Source: a virus (taxonomy: Duplodnaviria > Caudoviricetes). From it: 24,923 nt of DNA. This document shows, one piece after another, positions 9,457 to 17,695 of this stretch. Position 1 is the stretch's first letter; every line of letters begins with the position of its first letter. Below the pieces are notes generated by a model. The model saw only the letters and a list, made by a program, of their open reading frames with translations. It was not told where the DNA came from and searched no databases. Made by a program: the position numbers and the translations under genes. The stretch lies in the IMG/VR virus record IMGVR_UViG_3300032421_000021, positions 1-24,923 of that record. One strand, given 5' to 3'.

Positions 9457-10224
9457 ATGGCCGTAGAAGAAATGTTTACGGAGCTGCCTACAACGTCGGC
9501 AGCCCAAATGAGCGACATAATTTGTGCAGTACAAGGATATGTATCGCCTTCTAATCTAGGATTATCTGTTCAGGAGACTTTGCAGCAAGTTTACACGCTG
9601 TTCCAATCAAATGTCATATTGTCAAATGCAGGCAATCCAAATGGCTCTGTTGCGGGTTCTACTTATCAGATGTGCTGGGACACTACAGATAATATCATGT
9701 GGGTTTGTACGACCTCAGGTACATCAAGCACAGCCGTTTGGCAAACAGTTATAGGAAGCCCTACAAATGGCCAGTTGCGAATTGGATCAACAGGCACCTT
9801 TCCAGCACTGACCACACTTACAGCAGGGTCAAATATCAGCATAACCAATGGTGCAGGCACTATAACGATTACAGCAACAGGCCTTGCAGGTTTTGGGTGG
9901 ACAACTGTAACTGGTACATCTCAAACAATGGCAGGGAACAATGGGTATATAGCTAATAATGCGGGGCTTGTGACTCTAACATTGCCCGCATCAAGCACAG
10001 TGGGCGACGAGATAGACGTTATTGGAAAGGGTGCCGGTGGGTGGTCAATTGCACAGGGCGCAGGACAGCAAGTTGTCATAGGAAATACATCATCAACACT
10101 GGGGGCTGGTGGTTCTGTTTCTTCAACAAACGCCAAGGACTCATTACAGCTTATATGCACGGCCGCCAACACAGAATGGACTGTACTTGGCGCACCCCAA
10201 TCATTAGGATTAACTATAGTATAA
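9457..10224 (+). CDS. Tail/fibre-associated structural protein, paralog 3
   Basis: Same C-terminal domain, preceded by a 'GNPNGSVAG..WDT..MWVC..W' module. Confidence 0.7.
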   Translation: MAVEEMFTELPTTSAAQMSDIICAVQGYVSPSNLGLSVQETLQQVYTLFQSNVILSNAGNPNGSVAGSTYQMCWDTTDNIMWVCTTSGTSSTAVWQTVIGSPTNGQLRIGSTGTFPALTTLTAGSNISITNGAGTITITATGLAGFGWTTVTGTSQTMAGNNGYIANNAGLVTLTLPASSTVGDEIDVIGKGAGGWSIAQGAGQQVVIGNTSSTLGAGGSVSSTNAKDSLQLICTAANTEWTVLGAPQSLGLTIV

Positions 10225-10236
10225 GGATATATCATT

Positions 10237-11010
10237 ATGGCCACAAATAATGCGGTAAATACAACTCTCTCAGGCCAGTCTGGTACTGGGTCTTTTGCGG
10301 GAACTACAAGCCCGAGCTTTACGACACCTGTCCTTGGAACGCCAACATCTGGAAACCTGGCTAACTGTACTGGTGTTATACACACCGTCACTAAGCAGTC
10401 GTTTACTGGTAATGGTACTTATACGCCTACATCTGGAATGCAGTATTGCGTCATTGAGTGCTGGGGCGCTGGTGGTGGTGGTGGCGGTTCTGCTAATAGC
10501 GGTGCCGGTGGCTTAGCGGTTGGAAGTGGCGGAGGAGCTGGGGGATATTCAAGAACTGTAGCCACTGCCGCTACAGTGGGTGCTTCTCAGACTGTAACCA
10601 TTGGGACCTTGGGTACAGGTGGTTCTGCGGGAGCCAACCCAGGAAATGCAGGTACTGCGACTTCTGTAGGTTCAATATGTGTAGCTAATGGCGGTGGTGG
10701 TGGTCCTACTTCTGCTGCTGGTGCTGCTGGAGGTACAGGGGCGACTGCCGGAACTGGAGATATTGCCGCTACAGGAGCAACAGGATCTCCAGGAACTACA
10801 ACTGTACTTGCAAATGCAAGCGGATCTGCAGGAAATGGAGCAAATAGTCCATTAGGTGGAGGGGGAAACGGTAGGGGAACCCAGGGAACAGGGAACGCTG
10901 CTACAGGGTTTGGTGCTGGTGGTGGTGGTGGTGCCTCAGCAAATGCTGGAGGTACCGCAGCTGGAGGCAATGGAACCGCAGGATTTGTTTTTATTACCGA
11001 ATACACCTAA
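10237..11010 (+). CDS. Glycine-rich tail fibre-like protein
   Basis: 'FTGNGTYTP..VIECWGAGGGGGG..GGGAGGY..GGNG.AGFVFITEY' is the typical phage glycine-rich domain pattern. Confidence 0.75.
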   Translation: MATNNAVNTTLSGQSGTGSFAGTTSPSFTTPVLGTPTSGNLANCTGVIHTVTKQSFTGNGTYTPTSGMQYCVIECWGAGGGGGGSANSGAGGLAVGSGGGAGGYSRTVATAATVGASQTVTIGTLGTGGSAGANPGNAGTATSVGSICVANGGGGGPTSAAGAAGGTGATAGTGDIAATGATGSPGTTTVLANASGSAGNGANSPLGGGGNGRGTQGTGNAATGFGAGGGGGASANAGGTAAGGNGTAGFVFITEYT

Positions 11011-11013
11011 TCA

Positions 11014-11412
11014 ATGGCACAAGGCACGACATTAAAATCGGGGGATGCTACTGAATCCTCTATACAAAAGGCACTAATGGAATGGGTTAGGCTTCGTCCT
11101 TCAATTGCGCCTTTTGTATTGCATATCCCTAATGAGGGAAAGCGCACCTACAACTATGGAAGGCTTTTAAAATCCATGGGCATGCGTCCTGGTGTTGCAG
11201 ACTTGTTCATAGCCATACCGCGCCACGGTTTTGGTGGCGCATGGATTGAGCTTAAAAGCGCAAAAGGTCGATTGTCCTTTGAACAAGAGGATTTCCTAGA
11301 TGATATGAGCCAGCAGAACTTTTTTACTAAAGTCTGCTGGTCTTTAGATGAGGCGATTGAAACTGTTTCATGGTATTGCTTTTGGGACGGGAAAATATCA
11401 GGTGACCTCTAG
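11014..11412 (+). CDS. VRR-NUC domain nuclease (PD-(D/E)XK fold)
   Basis: 'ESSIQ..HIPNEG..GMRPGVADL..WIELKSAKGRLSFEQ'. Confidence 0.85.
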   Translation: MAQGTTLKSGDATESSIQKALMEWVRLRPSIAPFVLHIPNEGKRTYNYGRLLKSMGMRPGVADLFIAIPRHGFGGAWIELKSAKGRLSFEQEDFLDDMSQQNFFTKVCWSLDEAIETVSWYCFWDGKISGDL

Positions 11413-11852
11413 AATGGCACGTCCTCATTTTCAAATTGTTTCATGCTTGCAGTAGTAGAAAAACCTTCTCCCGATTTTATATAGTCTTTTACTTTGTTGT
11501 TTGATGGATATCGTTCGCCGTTTTCCTTGAGTTTCCCTTCCTGTATTTCAATCTTAACAGCCCCTTCTTTTCCTAAACAATCTTCTGCTGTCAATTCTCC
11601 TCTTTCGTATCTTGAAATAAGCCCTGTATTAGAGCAGAAATGCCTAAGCTTATATGCTAATGCCTCAAGAAGGTAGTCATAAATATGATGAGAGCTTCCA
11701 TCTTTTCCCCATACATTAAGCGTAAGCTTTATCATATCATTGCCGCTTTTTGACTTTTCATTGGATGCATCTATAACCTGGAATTGATACGTACCAGGCT
11801 CTAAAAGATTCATTGATTGTACTTCTTCTTCAGTCTTTGGGTTAAATCTCAT
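11409..11852 (-). CDS. DUF669-like single-stranded DNA-binding protein
   Basis: 'LLEPGTY..SKSGNDMIKL..NKVKDY' with acidic 'EDVPF' C-terminus; adjacent to the Sak4-like ATPase. Confidence 0.75.
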   Translation of the reverse strand: MRFNPKTEEEVQSMNLLEPGTYQFQVIDASNEKSKSGNDMIKLTLNVWGKDGSSHHIYDYLLEALAYKLRHFCSNTGLISRYERGELTAEDCLGKEGAVKIEIQEGKLKENGERYPSNNKVKDYIKSGEGFSTTASMKQFENEDVPF

Positions 11853-12700
11853 GCTGCCTCTCCTTCTATACGCTTTTTAAGATAATCGATACATTTTTGT
11901 ATTGCTGATTCCGGCATGTCTGACCACTTATCAGAATTAGATTTGTCTAGCCATTTTTGATAGGTTTCTTCAGGTACTTTCAATAACTCTATGAGCCTAT
12001 GTATTTCTTTAATCTGCTCACGAGTTGCTAGCTCTTGAGCAATGGCATCTCTTTCCAGGACTTCTTTTCCGTATCTACGCGCTATTTCATCGTAGCAAAA
12101 CGGTATTGTGTCTCCATCTGGAAACTCTTCTATCCTGGATTTTTTCACGATTCCTACCCGACTAGACCCACGCTTTTGTATCTCGAAAACCAAATCAAAA
12201 AGGTAGTCCAGTTTCTTATAACAATCGAACGTCTGCCCTAAAACCGCCAAATTTGCCCCATATTCGTTTTTTGAGTGTGATGTAATGATCACATTCATGT
12301 CTAATCTGAAAAGCAAATTTAAGAGCTGTTTCATTCGTTTATTTGCCTCTCCATAATGCCTCCCAAACTCGGTACCTACTTTTCTCTCTGCCTTTTCTAG
12401 CAAATCGTTATACAAGAGAGTCAATGAATCTATTACCAAGGTCTTGTATTCGTGTTTTGTTGTGAGAAGCTCTCTCACCTCGTTTACCATCTCATCAAAG
12501 TCAACAGTCATAAGAACCGCACCGTCCACATTATCAATAGCTTTGACATATTGAGGCTTATTTGTAGACCCTTCGGTATCAATGATATAAGGACGCGGGA
12601 ACTGTATGCTTGCCATCGTTTTACCGACTCCGGCATTGCCATAAAAAAGTGCTTTAAGCCGCGACTCTATCATCGCGGGCTTTTTTGCTTTAAGAGCCAT
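11849..12700 (-). CDS. AAA_24 / Sak4-like recombination ATPase
   Basis: Walker A 'YGNAGVGKT', 'IDTEGS', Walker B 'TLVIDSLT', 'VIITSH'. Confidence 0.85.
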   Translation of the reverse strand: MALKAKKPAMIESRLKALFYGNAGVGKTMASIQFPRPYIIDTEGSTNKPQYVKAIDNVDGAVLMTVDFDEMVNEVRELLTTKHEYKTLVIDSLTLLYNDLLEKAERKVGTEFGRHYGEANKRMKQLLNLLFRLDMNVIITSHSKNEYGANLAVLGQTFDCYKKLDYLFDLVFEIQKRGSSRVGIVKKSRIEEFPDGDTIPFCYDEIARRYGKEVLERDAIAQELATREQIKEIHRLIELLKVPEETYQKWLDKSNSDKWSDMPESAIQKCIDYLKKRIEGEAA

Positions 12701-12914
12701 TTCTACCCTCCCTCTTTATAAAGTCCTCTCTGGTTAGCGATAAAACCCTACCCATTGATGGCATATATATGGGTTCATAACCACGGGGTGAAACTCTGTG
12801 AGCCTCAGTAAACATGCCTGTCTCGTTATCACACAGAAAAGTAAGTTCATATGACACGCGCGTATTCATCTCTTCGCTCATGATGCAAATTTTCTCTTTT
12901 AGTTCTAGGTTCAT
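12690..12914 (-). CDS. Hypothetical early protein
   Basis: 74 aa, packed in the leftward operon. Confidence 0.55.
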   Translation of the reverse strand: MNLELKEKICIMSEEMNTRVSYELTFLCDNETGMFTEAHRVSPRGYEPIYMPSMGRVLSLTREDFIKREGRNGS

Positions 12915-12932
12915 TTTATGTCTCCACTTTTC

Positions 12933-13178
12933 TTATCTACTGTCTCTAAAGCAATCTATATGGCAATACCAATTGCCTTCTACTGTTGTTCGGGAACATT
13001 CTTCAAAATCAAAGTCTGTCCAACCATCTTCTTTGTTTATTTGTTCGGCTGTTCTCCCGCACCCGAAACACTCATATCCTTTGTATTCTTCTACATCTGG
13101 AACATCGCACATTGTTATTTTCTCTGGTGTCACAAACTCCCTTTTTAGCACCTTTTCATAAAAATCTTTGTTCAGCAT
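12933..13178 (-). CDS. Hypothetical Cys/His-rich protein (possible Zn binder)
   Basis: CxxC...CHxxC; RBS GGAG. Confidence 0.6.
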   Translation of the reverse strand: MLNKDFYEKVLKREFVTPEKITMCDVPDVEEYKGYECFGCGRTAEQINKEDGWTDFDFEECSRTTVEGNWYCHIDCFRDSR

Positions 13179-13397
13179 TTATATCTCCAATTTTTCTATT
13201 AGTTCATCAATTGCCTCTTGTTCAGTAGAGCCTTCACCATAAGGGCTACCACCATCTGCACCATCGTAACTATCATGTATGGCTATCCAGGGACAGCATC
13301 CCCAGAAAGCCCTTTCATGATCATAAAAAGTGTGTATTTCTTCTCCATTTATCATGTGGGAGTTTTCATTGCCTCTTGTCATTAAATTTTCCCCCAA
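13179..13397 (-). CDS. Hypothetical early protein (start may be 13382)
   Basis: 'YDGADGG..YGEGSTEQEAIDEL'; coupled to its neighbours. Confidence 0.6.
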   Translation of the reverse strand: MGENLMTRGNENSHMINGEEIHTFYDHERAFWGCCPWIAIHDSYDGADGGSPYGEGSTEQEAIDELIEKLEI

Positions 13398-13933
13398 TAA
13401 ATGTCACCGGTGTCTCTGTCTTGTCTGGCATACATACCAGCCTCTTCCATGGAATTATTTAGATATACGTCACAAGCACCATCTATAAGCCTTTGAAACT
13501 CACGTTCGTAGTATTTGAGAATGTTCGTTCTTGTGGTTTCTGCAAACTTCTCACGTGATTCTTTCGAATCATTCTTAAGCATAGAAAGAAGGGTGCAGGT
13601 AAATTCGCTATTGATTGATACATCATCGCCATAGATACACTCAGATAAGTCCCTATCTGAATACTCTATGTATAGGTGGGCTATTTCGTTCTTGTGATGT
13701 TCTGCCAAACTATCGAAAGACAGTTCAAATCGTCCATCAATGTATTTTGCCCTGTTCGCTACAAGTTCATCTATGTAGTTTTCAAGGCTCTTCTCATGGT
13801 TCAATGCAAATCCTTTGCGTCTATCTTCAATGCCAAACGGATCGCTCACAATCTCGTCGTACTTCGTTCTGGCATTGGTTGTTTCATAATCATTATGAGT
13901 TTTCAGAATATCATGTTTTTTTACGTCTTTCAT
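13382..13933 (-). CDS. Hypothetical protein, first gene of the leftward early operon
   Basis: 183 aa, RBS GAGG, downstream of a strong leftward promoter. Confidence 0.7.
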   Translation of the reverse strand: MKDVKKHDILKTHNDYETTNARTKYDEIVSDPFGIEDRRKGFALNHEKSLENYIDELVANRAKYIDGRFELSFDSLAEHHKNEIAHLYIEYSDRDLSECIYGDDVSINSEFTCTLLSMLKNDSKESREKFAETTRTNILKYYEREFQRLIDGACDVYLNNSMEEAGMYARQDRDTGDIYWGKI

Positions 13934-13965
13934 TTTTATTGCCTCTCTTTGTTGTTGATGAGGCT

Positions 13966-13994
13966 ATTATGTAACATGTGTTATATAATGTCAA
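13966..13994 (-). promoter_or_regulatory. Leftward early promoter TTGACA-N17-CATAAT
   Basis: Plus strand reads tgtcaa at 13989-13994 and attatg at 13966-13971. Confidence 0.75.
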
Positions 13995-14018
13995 CTGTTA
14001 TTATAACAAAAGTTACAT
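13969..14018. promoter_or_regulatory. Two 18-bp pseudo-palindromic operators (WTRTAAC-N4-GTTAYAT)
   Basis: ATGTAACATGTGTTATAT at 13969-13986 and TTATAACAAAAGTTACAT at 14001-14018; the second matches the reverse complement of the first at 15/18. Confidence 0.65.
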
Positions 14019-14088
14019 ATTTTTAATTAGTGCTTTTATGTTCGGTTATGTTATAGTGTCGACACTAACAATCATTATAATAAGACAT

Positions 14089-14298
14089 ATGACTATAGAT
14101 GAGGCCTTGCGCCACTTTAAAAGCGGATACGAGATGTGCAAAAAGCTTGATATTGCATATACAAACCTTGTCCGCTGGAAAAAGCAGGGCTTTATTCCTG
14201 TAAAGCAGCAATTGCGAATTAATGAAATAACAGGGGTCAATATGCCAATAGACTTAGACAAGGATTCCATTAAGTTTAGGCTTGGTATTTATGATTAA
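14089..14298 (+). CDS. Cro-like HTH regulator 1
   Basis: MTIDEALRHFKSGYEMCKKLDIAYTNLVRWKKQGFIP..QLRINEIT matches the P22/N15-type Cro pattern; likely start is ATG 14089. Confidence 0.7.
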   Translation: MTIDEALRHFKSGYEMCKKLDIAYTNLVRWKKQGFIPVKQQLRINEITGVNMPIDLDKDSIKFRLGIYD

Positions 14299-14338
14299 TT
14301 GTTATATGCTCAAGTTAACAATCCATTAAAGGACTACT

Positions 14339-14527
14339 ATGATTGCTTTGAGAGCAGCGAACGAACGACACCCTCTAATTTCTGTAGACAAAGAAAAACT
14401 ATTTTCTTTGGTAAAATCTAATATGGCATGTCATTTCAACAAGCCACTTTCATCTGAGCTTATACAGTCCGTGTCACAACAGATTGTAGACTCTATATCT
14501 TTCGTAATTAAAAAAGATTGCGCCTAA
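14339..14527 (+). CDS. Hypothetical protein
   Basis: 62 aa, RBS AAGGA. Confidence 0.55.
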   Translation: MIALRAANERHPLISVDKEKLFSLVKSNMACHFNKPLSSELIQSVSQQIVDSISFVIKKDCA

Positions 14528-14955
14528 CGCTTCTTAAATGGCCACCAGGAAACGTTTCCTATAACCTTAGGCATACCCACTTCCTTAAATTCAAGTAGCC
14601 TTGTATGGCTGTTTATGGCCTCTATGAGCTGTATCTCTTTCTTGTTGTATGCCTCTATCTGGGACTTCAAGAATTCTATCTCGCGGTCTTTCATCTGTGA
14701 CATTTCTTTTACCATACTGTTTTCTTGCTTCATTCTCTCCATTTCTTGCCGTTGGTTCTGTGGGTTTCTTTCTTGTTCTTTGGCGTGCGCTTGTGGGAAT
14801 ACCCTGAAAAACTCGGACTTTTCTATGTAGAATTTCCCGTCTTCACGAGTAGCACAAAGCTTTCCACGATTAATGTAGTTAGTGATGGCCCTAGATGTGC
14901 ATCCAAGCAATTCTGCTGCTTTCGCAGGTGTAAGCCAAGAATTTGATTCTTTCAT
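14524..14955 (-). CDS. HTH_17/MerR-like DNA-binding protein with coiled-coil and W/K-rich tail (plasmid replication-region type)
   Basis: 'WLTPAKAAELLGCTSRAITNYINRGKL..IEKSEFFRVF' followed by a heptad coiled coil and 'SWWPFKKR'; RBS AAGGA. Confidence 0.7.
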   Translation of the reverse strand: MKESNSWLTPAKAAELLGCTSRAITNYINRGKLCATREDGKFYIEKSEFFRVFPQAHAKEQERNPQNQRQEMERMKQENSMVKEMSQMKDREIEFLKSQIEAYNKKEIQLIEAINSHTRLLEFKEVGMPKVIGNVSWWPFKKR

Positions 14956-15179
14956 TTTCCAATCCTTTCTTTTGTTTTAGTTGAAAAAGTACATCTACGA
15001 CCAAACGAGAAAACCGAGAAAAACTTTCGTGGTACATAAAAAATACAGCAATTTATAACAGAGAAAAAATTTCTTTACATCTATTGTTTAAGTTACTCAA
15101 ATACAATATATTTATTTTTGGTGATTATATGTATTACTAATTATTATTATTACAATTTACATTAAAAGACAAGGAAACG

Positions 15180-15365
15180 ATGATGAGGATTGAGGAGCTT
15201 AAGGCGCATTATGGGTCTTGGACAAAGATGATGCGTGAATTAGATTTGGGTGTTACCACATATGCCGTATGGCTACGTGCCGGACACATTCCATTTAAGA
15301 TGCAATGCTTTATTGAGCACAAAACAAACAGGCGTTTTAAAGCCGATATGAATCACGCAAAATAA
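15180..15365 (+). CDS. Cro-like HTH regulator 2
   Basis: 'ELKAHYGSWTKMMRELDLGVTTYAVW..HIP..QCFIEHKT..FKAD' follows the Cro-family pattern; RBS AAGGA. Confidence 0.7.
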   Translation: MMRIEELKAHYGSWTKMMRELDLGVTTYAVWLRAGHIPFKMQCFIEHKTNRRFKADMNHAK

Positions 15366-15743
15366 ATATTTACAGGTTTTTTTTGCTTTCGGAACGTTTC
15401 TTTAACAAGTTTCTTTCGGTTTCTAGGATGTTCTTGTGGGATTTCGTTCTTGCTAGTTCGTTTGATGTGCTCTTGATAAGCACATAGTTATGGGCGTATA
15501 TTATCGCTTAGGGATATAAGTTTTTTGGGTTCGTTAAGGCTTGTATCTTGTGTTAGCAGGAGAGATGCGAGGCGTCCTGCCTCTACAAATGGATTTTCGT
15601 ACCCCTTGAACACGCACCGCCAAGTGACTTCAAGTGGGATTAAAACATACGGACACCATTATTTGGTGAACGACGTAAATGTGTGTCCATTGTCCGAACG
15701 TTTACTAGTCCTTAGTAGGGACATAATCTAGACTCACCAGGGA

Positions 15744-15772
15744 ATTATAACCATGACTTACAGCAATGACAA
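15744..15772 (-). promoter_or_regulatory. Antisense promoter TTGTCA-N17-TATAAT overlapping the rep start codon
   Basis: Plus strand reads tgacaa at 15767-15772 and attata at 15744-15749. Confidence 0.55.
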
Positions 15773-16979
15773 CACCGAAAGCAAAAAATCATCAAAAACA
15801 CAAAAAGCCAAAAAAGTAGTCGACATAAACATTCATAAATACAATTTCAAAGAATTCGAAAAAGAACATCTTCCTTTCACAATGATATGCAACAAAGTAA
15901 TTCAGGATTGCTCCAACCCTTTTGCTGGCTTTATATGGATTTATCTTCAAAGCAAACCTGAGGCATGGAAGCCATGCAAGTGGGAGATAATGAAAAGGTT
16001 TGATATAAGCGAAGCAACCTATAAACGTCATATGCGTTACTTAAGTGCATGCAATTTAATTGAGTATCACCCAGCGCGAGGAGAAGATGGAAAGTTAACT
16101 GAATTTAGGCTTGTTGTATTAAATGGTTCTAAATTTGACTCAAACGCAGACAATTACCGCGGTATCGTTTTTGATACTGAAGATACATGTTCGCGTGGGT
16201 CTGTGGATAACTTTTTGGTGGCGGATCCAAAAAACCACGGTATCAAAAATGATACTGTGGATGAACCCGCATTAACACTGGCCTCACACCACGGTATCAA
16301 AAATGATACTGTGGATGAGGACCACGGTATCAAAAAACCATACAATGGTGAAATGACCCCCCATATAAATACAAGATCAACTTCTTTAGAAAAAAAAGAA
16401 AAAGAAACCCCTATATCCCCTAAAGGGGACCCTAAGAAGAAAACAGCTTTTTTTTCTTTTGAGGAAATGCTAGAAGACAATCCTTTCAACATACATCCTC
16501 AATTGCTTCGCGATTGGATGGCAATAAGAAAGTCTAAACGTGCGCCGATAACACCCACTGCCTGGAAAAATTCATTGTCAGTAATGAAGGGGCTTCAAGA
16601 CGCAGGTCTTTGCCCACAGGACTGTTTTGAGCAAATGGTAGCAAATGGATGGCAAGGAATGCAGATTAGGTATTGGGAAAAGGAAATACAGGAAAAGAAG
16701 AAGCCTGCATTAAAATACCCTACACCTGAAGAGCGTGCTGCCAATGAGCAAAAGATTCGTGAACGTGAAATAAAGGCACAGGAAGAGAAGAGAAAAGAAA
16801 TAGAAAGCGCAAAGAGCATTGGAGATCTCCTTTCATTAAGACCAATAACCATAGACCTAAAAAAGATTAAAATGGAACAAGATAACGAAAGGACAAAGCT
16901 TGGAATGTCACCCAAAGAATATCACAAGCACTTGCTTTCTATATCTGAAAACAAAATAAGTAACAAAATTACTCAATGA
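15753..16979 (+). CDS. Phage replication initiator (N-terminal wHTH, internal origin)
   Basis: 'PFTMICNKVIQ..WIYLQSKP..W..ISEATYKRHMRYL' wHTH; 'DWMAIRKSKRAPIT..NGWQG' C-terminal domain of phage initiators; internal iterons. Confidence 0.8.
   Translation: MTYSNDNTESKKSSKTQKAKKVVDINIHKYNFKEFEKEHLPFTMICNKVIQDCSNPFAGFIWIYLQSKPEAWKPCKWEIMKRFDISEATYKRHMRYLSACNLIEYHPARGEDGKLTEFRLVVLNGSKFDSNADNYRGIVFDTEDTCSRGSVDNFLVADPKNHGIKNDTVDEPALTLASHHGIKNDTVDEDHGIKKPYNGEMTPHINTRSTSLEKKEKETPISPKGDPKKKTAFFSFEEMLEDNPFNIHPQLLRDWMAIRKSKRAPITPTAWKNSLSVMKGLQDAGLCPQDCFEQMVANGWQGMQIRYWEKEIQEKKKPALKYPTPEERAANEQKIREREIKAQEEKRKEIESAKSIGDLLSLRPITIDLKKIKMEQDNERTKLGMSPKEYHKHLLSISENKISNKITQ
16157..16336. repeat. Replication origin: palindromic iterons plus DnaA box inside rep
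   Basis: 31-bp direct repeat ACCACGGTATCAAAAATGATACTGTGGATGA at 16234-16264 and 16288-16318; half copy at 16321-16336; diverged copy at 16157-16179; perfect DnaA box TGTGGATAA at 16202-16210. Confidence 0.8.
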
Positions 16980-17182
16980 CCAAGAAAGAATGCCAAACAA
17001 TGATATTTAATGCAGGCATAAAGTTAGGAGTCTCTCCAAGGCTCATAGCAACCCGATTACTGAGTCCTGAAGACAAGGAAGACATGACGAAGGGGTTGAT
17101 ATCGATCGTTGAACTAGAGGCCGCTATCGCGGTTTGGCGCGACAATGGGATGCTAGATTATGTTGGCAATAACAACAGGTAG
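16976..17182 (+). CDS. Hypothetical protein
   Basis: 68 aa, ATGA-coupled to rep. Confidence 0.6.
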   Translation: MTKKECQTMIFNAGIKLGVSPRLIATRLLSPEDKEDMTKGLISIVELEAAIAVWRDNGMLDYVGNNNR

Positions 17183-17188
17183 CTTTTA

Positions 17189-17422
17189 ATGAATGAAAAT
17201 GAGTCATTTATAGAAATTAATGTATGTGAAACAAAAGAAAAAAGTTTTTTTGTTTCCTTGGAAGTTGGCATTGGTTGTGAAGTATACAACGATATTAGCG
17301 TCTATATGTCCAAGGAACGTTTAATGTGTTTTCGCGACTCTATTAGAAATTTGCTTATTGATCTTAGCGATTTGATTTGTAAAAAAGAACTATTGGATCG
17401 TGATGCAAAAACAACTTCATGA
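17189..17422 (+). CDS. Hypothetical protein
   Basis: 77 aa in the rightward operon. Confidence 0.5.
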   Translation: MNENESFIEINVCETKEKSFFVSLEVGIGCEVYNDISVYMSKERLMCFRDSIRNLLIDLSDLICKKELLDRDAKTTS

Positions 17423-17457
17423 TATGATTTCATGGCTACTAACTGAGGACAAAATGT

Positions 17458-17694
17458 ATGGTTTGCACAAAATGCTATGGGACGGGGAAATACTTAGGCC
17501 AGGGAATGATGTCGACCGATTGCAATTGCGGGGATGACGAAGTATCCTGCCAGGAAAAAACCAGTGTTCCGGTGCCTGTGGATAAAAGAAGCAGCTCTTA
17601 CCGGACTGCGATAAAAGAGATTATGGACTTGAACCCAGGCATTACGCGTGCATCTGCGGTCAAGATGTTTGATGAAGCTTACGATAGGGTTTGA
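17458..17694 (+). CDS. Small Zn-finger-like protein
   Basis: CTKCYGTG...DCNC; RBS GAGG. Confidence 0.6.
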   Translation: MVCTKCYGTGKYLGQGMMSTDCNCGDDEVSCQEKTSVPVPVDKRSSSYRTAIKEIMDLNPGITRASAVKMFDEAYDRV

Positions 17695-17695
17695 T

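Noticed and set aside
8213-10224. Diversity-generating retroelement TR/VR among the repeated tail domains
   Set aside because: Similarity is at protein level with divergence at all bases, not adenine-specific, and there is no reverse transcriptase in the window
354-11006. Many antisense or alternate-frame ORFs inside late genes (e.g. 3887-4252, 4600-4980, 9921-10391, 10587-11006)
   Set aside because: Fully nested in well-supported genes; typical shadows of Gly/Ala/Thr-rich coding sequence
13978-14088. N-terminal extension of Cro-1 given by the ORF track
   Set aside because: Covers the promoter/operator region; the Cro-like sequence begins at ATG 14089
15525-15731. 68-aa ORF upstream of rep
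   Set aside because: TTG start, weak RBS, no recognisable protein features; the region looks like a structured leader. A leader peptide cannot be excluded.
16234-16336. 31-bp direct repeats as a CRISPR array
   Set aside because: Only two full copies with unequal spacing, in frame inside rep, and no cas genes; better explained as origin iterons
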